Positions 25,799 through 37,989 of a DNA stretch of 64,000 nucleotides are shown here, one piece after another. The stretch covers positions 38,566,001-38,630,000 of the forward strand of contig CM119371.1 in NCBI GenBank assembly GCA_051294905.1, in the 5' to 3' direction. Position 1 is the first letter of the stretch, and the number at the start of each line of letters is the position of its first letter. Made by a program: the position numbers and the translations under genes. The notes under the pieces are model-generated. The model did no database searches. It saw only the letters and a list, made by a program, of their open reading frames with translations, and had not been told where the DNA came from. Source of the stretch: Botryllus schlosseri (Eukaryota).

Positions 25799-28142
25799 CT
25801 GACAATTTGAAAGACACAGTCGGAAACATTTCAATATGGCTATGAAGTCATTGACCTATTGTGACTATGCGAGCTACTAAAATGTCAAAATAATGTCACC
25901 GTCAACAACCGAAAGAATGCGCTTCGCACCAGTCTGCAGCACAATACGATTCCAAATCTGACATCGCAACGATCGTTTGCTCATTATAACGACGTTTGAG
26001 CTGCATTTTTGCATTTCCCGATAAAAGTTGGCAAAGCCTTGTTAACGTAATGAATAGCGCACTTTGCGGAGGAATGACTTTCAATTCGCAGGCATACAGA
26101 AACACACGGTCATATTTCGCGCTCAGAATTATTTTGTAAACGATTATGGGCGCAAATACAATTTAATTAAGAGAAGGAGAACGTGAATTCGCTCGTCTGG
26201 TCGATAGAGAAATGTTGTTTCTCATCGCAAGCGTGTCGAAATCGACGTCGTAAACGAGGTTGCTTCGATTGTCTGATTACTAGTCACGGATTACAATTTA
26301 TTGGAGGCGTTTTAAGCACTACTACGTGGTCGCCGACGAAGATGCGTATTCAAATATTCGCGCGTGTATCGGTTAATGGTAATGGTTGGCATTTGCGCGC
26401 TATCACGGACTCGCTAATTGACAGCGCTGACGATTTAAAATCGCAGACGGCAAGCGTTTATTCTTATTGTATGGGCTGGCCGCTACCCCATAAATGTGTA
26501 ATGGGGTGTCTGTGCCACCACGTCACCCCGTAACTCAGCACCTATGAATTATAAGCCAACTTTAATTTGATTATATAGTGTCCAAGTAGACATGGAGATA
26601 ATAAATAGATATGGATTAAAATAATTTTAACACTGATTTGATGATAACGCACATGCGCCAGAAACATTAACAAGATTTTATAATGTAGCCATCTTCTGTC
26701 AATTCTTCAAAGTTAGGGATGGATTTAGGTTGTACCGATTCTGAGGACAGGATGGAAATTGGAATATGTGAGCAGCGATCGTCTCATTTATATGCTGATT
26801 TTGCATTTGGTTGAGCTTCATCAGAACGCACAAACCTGACACATCATAATAACCAGCATGTTACCTTTAAGTACGTGTTATCAAAAGGCTTACTGTGTTA
26901 AACTAGCCTTCTTCATGTTCTTTTGTGAAGACGGTTTCAACATAATTTACTGTTATACAAACATTTGAATAATTAGGTGTATATTTTCATAATTTGATAC
27001 ATTGCGCCGATAGTCAAGATGTTTGGATTCAAGCGATGTTTCAAATTGTAGCAACGAATTCATTACAATAATGTCATAATATTACAAGTAAAACATACTG
27101 CGCTACCCCCGACACCGATACAGAAGTACCAATCAGTTGAATCTTCATTGATGGCAAACATTCATATGACACTTTTCGCTTTTAGTATTGATTTGAACAA
27201 CTCGTTATGATTGTATTGAGGCCGTAGTTACAAACAATTAGCACCCAACTGCGCATATGAAACGAATCCACCTAACACACGTGCGAAATGTATTTTTCAA
27301 GTACAACACTGAACGTCGGCGTTCTAACTCAAAATCACAATTGAGATCGGAACTAATATATTCCCGTTTTGCGTTTCTAGTGTGTTTAACAACAGAAACG
27401 TTTTAAAATGCGTGGGTCCCGACCCCATATCTGGCTACCGCACCAATAATAAAATGAAAAAGTGGAATATTATGATTATAACTCAATCGATATCATGATG
27501 AAATATCTTAGGAAAAAGTTTAACCAAGTCTCTCTAGTCATTAGAGTTGTACTAAAGCATTTTATCAATATTTCTATTAAATCTCTCAATGACTTCGCGG
27601 GCCGCGCAAAATGTCTGCACGAGCCGCATGTGGACCGCAGGTCGTAGTTTGCCCAACCCTGAAATAAACATTTGCACTGCTTTATTTGGTTGATTTAAAT
27701 TGATATTGCTTCTGCAGGACAAATAATGTGTGAGTTTCAGCGTCAAAATTTATGCTAATAACTAGGGATGGTGTGAACCTCTTAAAGGTTCAGGCTCGTG
27801 TGAACGCGAACCTTTTTAAGAGGTTCTCTGTGATCACGAATGTGATCCTCATGGCGTCGCGTGACGTCCTATTGCCAATTCCAACCCTATCTTTCAATGA
27901 AGTGATAGCCTATATTAATGTACGCGATACCTGGCGACGCCTTGGGCCACATATTGCAACACGACTGAAGTACATATTGGCGTTTTAAACGTCGCTAAAT
28001 GTATCAAATGTGGCAATCAAAGAATATAATATACTGTAATATACGCTTATCCCTTTACGGTCCAGGCCAGACCGGGCAATGTATTCGGTGGCTGATACAT
28101 TGATATTGAGCAGAGTGTAAAATGGGTTTCTATACTGGCTAC

Positions 28143-28647
28143 TAGGGCTGGGCACAATGATTCGAGTACTCGAATCTGAATCGAGAATTAATTTTAATGA
28201 TTCGAGTCGAGTAGTAAAAGAAGATTTTTTTCGAGTACTGAAATTATACGCTCCCCGCAACTGAAAGTTATTTTACTAACAAGAATTCTCGTTTTGATAC
28301 TATTTTCGGGTGAAACCTTGATTGGTCGTGTCGCGGCATACGAGAAATAGTACAAAGCTACGAACGTTACTGGAAATAACACATTTCCGAAGTCATGATC
28401 CTTCCACAACATTGTCAGGAAGTGCAATGAAATCGGTTATGGTCGAAAAATACCGAAGTATCTCTAAAATGACGGATAACAGGCATTGTGTTCTTTGTGG
28501 TGGCAGAAAAGGTACATGTTTGAACTTTGATATAGTATATTCTGTTGTGACGTCATAACGAGCGATACTCGAATACTCGACTCGACTCGAACCGTAAAAC
28601 GTGATTCAGAATCGAATCACTCCGGGACTCGATTTTGGCCAGTCTTA
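28143..28647. mobile_element. hAT-type MITE, family A
   Basis: Homologous to 8383-8891; TSD CTGGCTAC / CTTGCTAC. Confidence 0.8.
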
Positions 28648-28709
28648 CTTGCTACCGATAGTAGTTATATAGATCGGTCGTGATGCGCCATTGTGTCTTA
28701 TGGGTGCAC

Positions 28710-28900
28710 CCGACCGGTGCCTCGAAACTCGTCTTGAACCGGTGACCCTTTTCGGTATAGGATCACTCAACCGGTGCAAGTATAGCCATCTCTCGACCGG
28801 TAACCCTTTTCGGTATAGGGATCTCTCGATCGGTGCCTGGAAACTCGTCTTGAACCGGTGACCCTTTTCGGTATATGCATCTCTCGATCGGTGCCGTGGT
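28710..28900. repeat. Subterminal tandem repeats rich in ACCGGT
   Basis: Repeated ACCGGTGCC..GAAACTCGTCTTGAACCGGTGACCCTTTTCGGTATA units; mirrored at about 38670-38950 with ~90 bp extra. Confidence 0.8.
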
Positions 28901-31900
28901 GGTAATTCGTACTTTCGAGTCTCTGGTGATTCGCTACATGTTCTTATGGGTGCGGTCATGAATCGCACTTTCGGGTATATACATCTCACGACCGGTGTTG
29001 AAGAAGTATCAGGTATGGTAAATAGTCACGTGATTGACTCTTAGTTAATGTGTATACCTCAAATTATTATATATGTCCGATTCGAGTTAATCCCAACGTT
29101 TGCGGTGAATGCGACTTCGATATATCGGTATTCTTATGGGCGCGGCGATGATTCGTACGTTCGTTGATAGAATGCTAGCGGCATGTCGTACTTTCACCAA
29201 AAAGGGTGTGAAATAGTTTGCTAAATCTAGGAATCAGTCGCTTGGTAATTAGTTTATCACGGAGCCGGCGTAGACGGTGACTCGAATACCAACAATAGCC
29301 GCGTTCACAAACTAACACCCCAAAAAGGTGTGAAATATTCTCTACAAGCGCTTGCAAGATAACACATCAGAATAGCCATCTCTCATTGTTTGATGTTACA
29401 AAGGTAGGAATTATGCACAAGTAATATTTTGATAATAAGTTTGCCACAGAGCCGGCGTAGACGGCGATTCGAATATCAACAATAGCCGCGTTCACAAACC
29501 AACACTTCAAAAACGTGTGAAATAGGTTACAAATCCCACGATCGCTCACAAGATAACACCAAAGACATAGCCATTTCTCGCGTCTTGTCATTACATACAT
29601 CCCAATCGCTACAGTGTAATATGTCGGTGGTTGTTACTATCAAGTAATAAGTAATGAATAACAGTACCAGCGCAGACCGTGATTCGAAAACCAACAATTT
29701 GACACTTGCACGCGATCGCTATATGTTTTGACACTTCGGAACAGTCGTTGACTTTGCGTGATACAAATCATGAAAATATTCAAGCAATGTGTCAATTTGT
29801 CAACTTGAAATGAAACTTACTACACTACTCAAGTTGATTCTTATCTGAATGTGTTAATTCGGTACAATTCTAATTATTTTGAGAAATCTTTTCGTGATCT
29901 TTTGGTTCGACCGTAACCTGAATATTACTGACGCCGACTTTCAGCCACAGCGAATTATTCGCACATTCCGCGCCGTCGTTTTCATACCTATAGAATCAAT
30001 ACCAACTATAACTCTACAAGAATCAAGAATCACAAGTATGTGCATTATACAGTTATTGTCTTTATTAACTTGAAATCAAACTCTTAACAAAAACACGCGT
30101 CTTATCACTCGTCAACTCTATCATGAAAATCCTCGAGTCCTTATTATCAAAAATGTTTTAGCGCGGTGTCGGAATCCATTCGCGGGATGTACTAAAGGTA
30201 AATCCAGATAATCCAAAATGAAATATTTGGACTTTGACATAGTCTGAATTGAAATATATTGACAAACATGACTACCAACTTTGATCCAGTCACATTTCAA
30301 GATCATACTTTGAAACAATCCTTGAAACTTACAACTCTATTCACGACTGAGTTTTCCGTTTATCAAATAGAGTTTCAGTGAATACCATCGCGATATTTTA
30401 ATGTGTTACCACACACAATAGAATCAATCAATGAAATAGCACCTGTTGTAAATATTTCTAACTTGACAACCACTTGTGCATACCGCGATCGACTTGTGAC
30501 GCGATGAGTCAAATCGGAATATTTCAATCTATTTGTCGAAACCTTGAACAAACTATCAGGTTATTTTTTGTTGCAATCGAGTGAACGGAAATAGTATTAC
30601 GTCTCGACATCTTACCATCTTACCATATTCAAAGAGTCAACCACAAAAACATTGTCAAGTAAATCCGTTTGTAACTTACCCGACCAACTCAAACAGTATC
30701 AGTATGAAAAACAGCCAAGCATACACGAGTCCATACCAACACTAAAACCTAAAATCCATAACAAGTTCGGTTGTATTCATATCCCTACACATCTTTTTTA
30801 TTCAACTTGAAAAGTCGTTACTATTCTGTAAGATAGAGGAATTACTACGCGGTATATTCTGCAAGACAAACTAATTACTACTCGGTATATTTTGTAAGGC
30901 AAACGTAATTACTCTTCGGTACAGGGGACTTGAGCTTAACATAATATGTTTGAGTATACGAGATTTGAAAGGTCGAGCAACGTAGTTAAGAATTCATTTC
31001 TTATACGATCAAACGCCGGTGTTACATTGAAAGTTATCATGCTGTAAACATAGGGATTGACACATTGATTTGACATATGTAATAGTTGATCATGACTTGA
31101 TTATTAAATTATTCGCGTTAATTAGACCCGGTGTTGTGGTAAAGGTTATTATGACAGCAACAAACTTTTCCCTACCGTGGTTATTAACATATTGATTTGT
31201 AAAACTATACTTGTCTGAAATGTTCTTGATTTGAAAGATATTCCGTGTTGGTACAAATCACTCTGCGTATTACGGATATCAGAAAATATTTTTACAAATG
31301 TAGTTGTTTCCAGTAACCAAGACTAAAGATGCAACAATTTCGTTATTCAAACATTGAACATCCGATGCAAAACGCTCTATTGGTCAAATTCGCAACGGGT
31401 AATTGAAACGACTAAGTGTAGAGTCAGTATATCACAATGGCACGTCGTTACTATCGAATCCAGCAATTGATACGATTTATTGTCGGGATTTGTGACAGCG
31501 CATTGAAACATACACAACTTACAGAGTGTGAAAATATCACTTTGGGTATCGAGTACCGTTCGAAGCGTGCGATCAATACATAATTCGTTCGCACTCTCTA
31601 AGGCGTTGTGAAGTCTACAGATTTACACTTCAAAACTTTGATCAACACAGAAGCAATTTGGAATATCTTTACTGGACGCATCCTATTCTACTAGACTTGA
31701 GTAATATACAAAACTCATAGCATTAACAAAATCGCAATAGGCGCTACACTGAAATCTACAAAATGTGTTTGTATTGTTACTCAAAGTAGTGATCATAAAT
31801 TATCATTTGAATAAGTAATTGTAATCATAAAACCAAACTTGCGAAAGTCATTACCATAACAAAAGAATATTGTAGGTTGCTTGTTAAATGTATGCCGGAA

Positions 31901-32871
31901 ATATTTGTAGAACGCTCACGACCAAAGAAATTGGAAATTTTCCCATTGTCATCCGTCAAAGTCAATGTCGTCACAATACTCAATCACTAAAAAAACGATA
32001 TACTTGTACGTGATTGAATCACCGGTAATTAACTAGCTAAATCAAACCCCTAAGAAATTTCACTCACTCATTAGATATTAAACAGTGTCACCTAATCGGT
32101 GTAGATCGTTTTTCTAAATGCAAATAATACCTAGCCAACAGAAAACAATTTTCACTCACCCGGTAATGAAACCAAGTGGTTGGTCTTCGTTCGATATTTT
32201 GTTTGTGTCAAATACTTTGCAATGAACACATTTGAGTGGTTGAGCTTTACATCATCAAGCTGTCATTTGTAAATCGAGATTACATCCGACTCGTAACTCT
32301 ATCGTTTAACTAGCCGAGTTGTATGCACAGTTTGATATTTTGGTCATTTAGTGATTGCTGAACATACCAAACGATGCACACCCACCTCCGAAATGCTGCG
32401 TTGATCTTAATTTCCATCATCGTGATATCGAAGTACATTTCTTTCGAATTCGTAACAACCGACTATGACATGATAAATTTTTGACAAGTTTACTTAGAAG
32501 GTTTGTTGCATATCGCGAAAAATAATATACCACTCATATTGATACTGTTACTCAATTGATCGATATTTTCAAACGAGTAAAATTTATTACTTGAGTTTCT
32601 CCGCTTACTATATGTAAATGTAAACTCATCCATCTTTCAAAACCACAACGAACAACGATAAAAAGCATGCAATCAAACACAACATGTTTTACTTTTGTAG
32701 GACACTAATTATTATCTCATTTCATACTAATTCATACTTTTGATGGGTTGCATCAGCACAATTGAATATGCGATTACACAAATGTATTGGAGTTGTTGTT
32801 GGTGTATATTTTGTCGCTATCCGTTGTAACAATATACAAAAATATCAAATTGTCAGGTGTGTTTGTGAGAT

Positions 32872-33243
32872 TTCAAAATGAAAATGGTATTGTTACCCAG
32901 GTAAAAGATAGATTTCCAAGTGAAAACTGTATTGGTACTCAGGTAAATGATAGTTTTCCAAACGAAAAGAGTTTGTTACCCAGGGAGAAAATATATTTCT
33001 AAAAGAAAATGATTAGTTACTCTAGGTAAAAGTATTTTTCCAAGTGAAAATGATATTTTTACTCAGGTAAACGACGGACTACCGAGTGAAAATGGTTTGT
33101 TGATCAGAGAAAAAATATATTTCCAAGCGAAAAAGGTTTGTTACTCTGGGTAAACGTCAGATCTCCAAAGGAAAGTGATATGTTTAGTCAGGTAAACGAT
33201 GGACTGTCAAGTGAAAGTGGTAATTTTACACAGGTAAACGTCG
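32872..33243 (+). repeat. Minisatellite, nine 41-42-bp units
   Basis: Approximate consensus TTCCAAGTGAAAATGGTATTGTTACTCAGGTAAACGATAGAT, located in the element spacer. Confidence 0.85.
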
Positions 33244-36200
33244 TGGGCTCAGTGTCGTTGGTCTTGTTAAACGTAGCTGTCGAGTTTACAATATACTTGT
33301 CGTGAGTATACAATTACGAAGGGAGAGAATGAAATTGCTATTATGAGTGCCAGAAGGTTGTTGTATGTAGATTTGACAGTAACCCTATTATTCACACATG
33401 ACAAACACAATCATTGCCATTAACTAACTTGCTCGGTCTCGATCAATGCAAAAGAGATGATTCGTTTTTTGAAACCGTAGCGAAGACCACATGTAAATCT
33501 ATGCGATAGACTTCTATCTCCTGACATTCAGTCGTGTCGTTTGCATTTTAATACGGACCTTAATGTATGACATGCACACACTAACGCCGTAAACAGAAGT
33601 CGATGATTTTGATTAATAAAAATATTTCTTGACTACATCGGAATGTCTATGTTGTAGGAAGGATATACTTTTATGGAGTCGTGTGTTTAATGAAATCGAT
33701 TGGTTACAAGTATGTGTAGGGGAAATAAAATTTATTTTTCTGTATGTGACAGTTTGTGACGGAATGAAAATAGATTCGTGGTTTTAATTGAATTGTGACT
33801 GTGTTGTTTTAATGTATGCTTCAACATGGAGTCTTGACGCTGAACAACAACTCGATACACTAAACAATTTGTCACTGGTGTGCAAAGGGTTAGGAAAATT
33901 TTAATACAGCTCCATCTACTGGTTGTTTTGTTGTGAGGACAATCATGCGATGACTCGGCACTTTTCGGTAGCAAGTAGATTGATCTCTGTGAAAGATGTA
34001 GGGACCGTGACTAGAAAACATATGTACTCTGTTGTTGGAGTATCTGGTTTATTGTTATGACATTGACAGAACCCTCGGGAAGTGGGTATGCTTTTCTTTC
34101 ACGAAAGTTTACACGACTCCGTTGTAATGAATTTGTGTTAACTAAACTTGGATGGATACCGCAATTGTGCTCGACTTACACATGATATTCGCATACTGCA
34201 CGCATACAAACTTTTGTGAAAACAACTCTGATGTTTCTGTTCGTACTAGTTCTGTGTTGAACTTTCTGATTATTAAGATACATGAACAACCATTCAGACA
34301 ATAAAGTTCTTGTGACATCGAAACAGTTTGAAAGCGCCACCAATCATTGTACAGGTTCGTAGCATGGGAATATCGAATATTTTCGTTTGTCATGAATATC
34401 TTTCTTATACACTTAGTATGAAATGAGATAATAATTAGTGTCCTACAAAAGTAAAACATGTTGTGTTTGATTGCATGCTTTTTATCGTTGTTCGTTGTGG
34501 TTTTGAAAGATGGATGAGTTTACATTTACATATAGTAAGCGGAGAAACTCAAGTAATAAATTTTACTCGTTTGAAAATATCGATCAATTGAGTAACAGTA
34601 TCAATATGAGTGGTATATTATTTTTCGCGATATGCAACAAACCTTCTAAGTAAACTTGTCAAAAATTTATCATGTCATAGTCGGTTGTTACGAATTCGAA
34701 AGAAATGTACTTCGATATCACGATGATGGAAATTAAGATCAACGCAGCATTTCGGAGGTGGGTGTGCATCGTTTGGTATGTTCAGCAATCACTAAATGAC
34801 CAAAATATCAAACTGTGCATACAACTCGGCTAGTTAAACGATAGAGTTACGAGTCGGATGTAATCTCGATTTACAAATGACAGCTTGATGATGTAAAGCT
34901 CAACCACTCAAATGTGTTCATTGCAAAGTATTTGACACAAACAAAATATCGAACGAAGACCAACCACTTGGTTTCATTACCGGGTGAGTGAAAATTGTTT
35001 TCTGTTGGCTAGGTATTATTTGCATTTAGAAAAACGATCTACACCGATTAGGTGACACTGTTTAATATCTAATGAGTGAGTGAAATTTCTTAGGGGTTTG
35101 ATTTAGCTAGTTAATTACCGGTGATTCAATCACGTACAAGTATATCGTTTTTTTAGTGATTGAGTATTGTGACGACATTGACTTTGACGGATGACAATGG
35201 GAAAATTTCCAATTTCTTTGGTCGTGAGCGTTCTACAAATATTTCCGGCATACATTTAACAAGCAACCTACAATATTCTTTTGTTATGGTAATGACTTTC
35301 GCAAGTTTGGTTTTATGATTACAATTACTTATTCAAATGATAATTTATGATCACTACTTTGAGTAACAATACAAACACATTTTGTAGATTTCAGTGTAGC
35401 GCCTATTGCGATTTTGTTAATGCTATGAGTTTTGTATATTACTCAAGTCTAGTAGAATAGGATGCGTCCAGTAAAGATATTCCAAATTGCTTCTGTGTTG
35501 ATCAAAGTTTTGAAGTGTAAATCTGTAGACTTCACAACGCCTTAGAGAGTGCGAACGAATTATGTATTGATCGCACGCTTCGAACGGTACTCGATACCCA
35601 AAGTGATATTTTCACACTCTGTAAGTTGTGTATGTTTCAATGCGCTGTCACAAATCCCGACAATAAATCGTATCAATTGCTGGATTCGATAGTAACGACG
35701 TGCCATTGTGATATACTGACTCTACACTTAGTCGTTTCAATTACCCGTTGCGAATTTGACCAATAGAGCGTTTTGCATCGGATGTTCAATGTTTGAATAA
35801 CGAAATTGTTGCATCTTTAGTCTTGGTTACTGGAAACAACTACATTTGTAAAAATATTTTCTGATATCCGTAATACGCAGAGTGATTTGTACCAACACGG
35901 AATATCTTTCAAATCAAGAACATTTCAGACAAGTATAGTTTTACAAATCAATATGTTAATAACCACGGTAGGGAAAAGTTTGTTGCTGTCATAATAACCT
36001 TTACCACAACACCGGGTCTAATTAACGCGAATAATTTAATAATCAAGTCATGATCAACTATTACATATGTCAAATCAATGTGTCAATCCCTATGTTTACA
36101 GCATGATAACTTTCAATGTAACACCGGCGTTTGATCGTATAAGAAATGAATTCTTAACTACGTTGCTCGACCTTTCAAATCTCGTATACTCAAACATATT

Positions 36201-37576
36201 ATGTTAAGCTCAAGTCCCCTGTACCGAAGAGTAATTACGTTTGCCTTACAAAATATACCGAGTAGTAATTAGTTTGTCTTGCAGAATATACCGCGTAGTA
36301 ATTCCTCTATCTTACAGAATAGTAACGACTTTTCAAGTTGAATAAAAAAGATGTGTAGGGATATGAATACAACCGAACTTGTTATGGATTTTAGGTTTTA
36401 GTGTTGGTATGGACTCGTGTATGCTTGGCTGTTTTTCATACTGATACTGTTTGAGTTGGTCGGGTAAGTTACAAACGGATTTACTTGACAATGTTTTTGT
36501 GGTTGACTCTTTGAATATGGTAAGATGGTAAGATGTCGAGACGTAATACTATTTCCGTTCACTCGATTGCAACAAAAAATAACCTGATAGTTTGTTCAAG
36601 GTTTCGACAAATAGATTGAAATATTCCGATTTGACTCATCGCGTCACAAGTCGATCGCGGTATGCACAAGTGGTTGTCAAGTTAGAAATATTTACAACAG
36701 GTGCTATTTCATTGATTGATTCTATTGTGTGTGGTAACACATTAAAATATCGCGATGGTATTCACTGAAACTCTATTTGATAAACGGAAAACTCAGTCGT
36801 GAATAGAGTTGTAAGTTTCAAGGATTGTTTCAAAGTATGATCTTGAAATGTGACTGGATCAAAGTTGGTAGTCATGTTTGTCAATATATTTCAATTCAGA
36901 CTATGTCAAAGTCCAAATATTTCATTTTGGATTATCTGGATTTACCTTTAGTACATCCCGCGAATGGATTCCGACACCGCGCTAAAACATTTTTGATAAT
37001 AAGGACTCGAGGATTTTCATGATAGAGTTGACGAGTGATAAGACGCGTGTTTTTGTTAAGAGTTTGATTTCAAGTTAATAAAGACAATAACTGTATAATG
37101 CACATACTTGTGATTCTTGATTCTTGTAGAGTTATAGTTGGTATTGATTCTATAGGTATGAAAACGACGGCGCGGAATGTGCGAATAATTCGCTGTGGCT
37201 GAAAGTCGGCGTCAGTAATATTCAGGTTACGGTCGAACCAAAAGATCACGAAAAGATTTCTCAAAATAATTAGAATTGTACCGAATTAACACATTCAGAT
37301 AAGAATCAACTTGAGTAGTGTAGTAAGTTTCATTTCAAGTTGACAAATTGACACATTGCTTGAATATTTTCATGATTTGTATCACGCAAAGTCAACGACT
37401 GTTCCGAAGTGTCAAAACATATAGCGATCGCGTGCAAGTGTCAAATTGTTGGTTTTCGAATCACGGTCTGCGCTGGTACTGTTATTCATTACTTATTACT
37501 TGATAGTAACAACCACCGACATATTACACTGTAGCGATTGGGATGTATGTAATGACAAGACGCGAGAAATGGCTAT

Positions 37577-37989
37577 TATTATTATTATTATTATTGGATA
37601 CGACAGTGGTGCTTTTAGCCAGGTTAAGGCCTTGTGCTCCACGACATTGCAATTACACGGACAGTACACAATGAATTTCATTTTTTCGGGTCTCTGACGT
37701 TCTTCCACTCTCGCTTTATCGTCGTATCTTTGCTTCACTTTTTCATTCTTCTTGCACTCTCACAGTCTCTTTCACGCACACTTCATCAGTTGATAATCGT
37801 CTCTGTTGCTACCGAATTATAGCTCGGCTCACTGTAGCTGGGCTTTTAATGTCACTGACTAGCAGTGAGGTCGGCGATGAGGAGCCCATAGAACCTCCGA
37901 CACATAGTAATTAGTCCGAACCGGGATTCGAACCACCACCATTGGTGTCGTGACGCAGGCGCTTAACCCACTGCGCCACTCGCTTCCCC
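37577..37989 (-). mobile_element. tRNA-derived SINE inserted in the right arm of the Polinton-type element
   Basis: Head GGGGAAGCGAGTGGCGCAGTGGGTTAAGCG..GGTTCGAATCCC (A and B boxes); (AAT)n tail; 14-bp TSD CGAGAAATGGCTAT; absent from the left arm (empty site near 29575). Confidence 0.9.

Noticed and set aside
32872..33243. CRISPR-like array
   Set aside because: The units are contiguous degenerate tandem repeats without unique spacers; eukaryotic context and no cas genes.
37910..37989. tRNA gene
   Set aside because: No acceptor stem closure; it is the head of a SINE with a TSD and tail.
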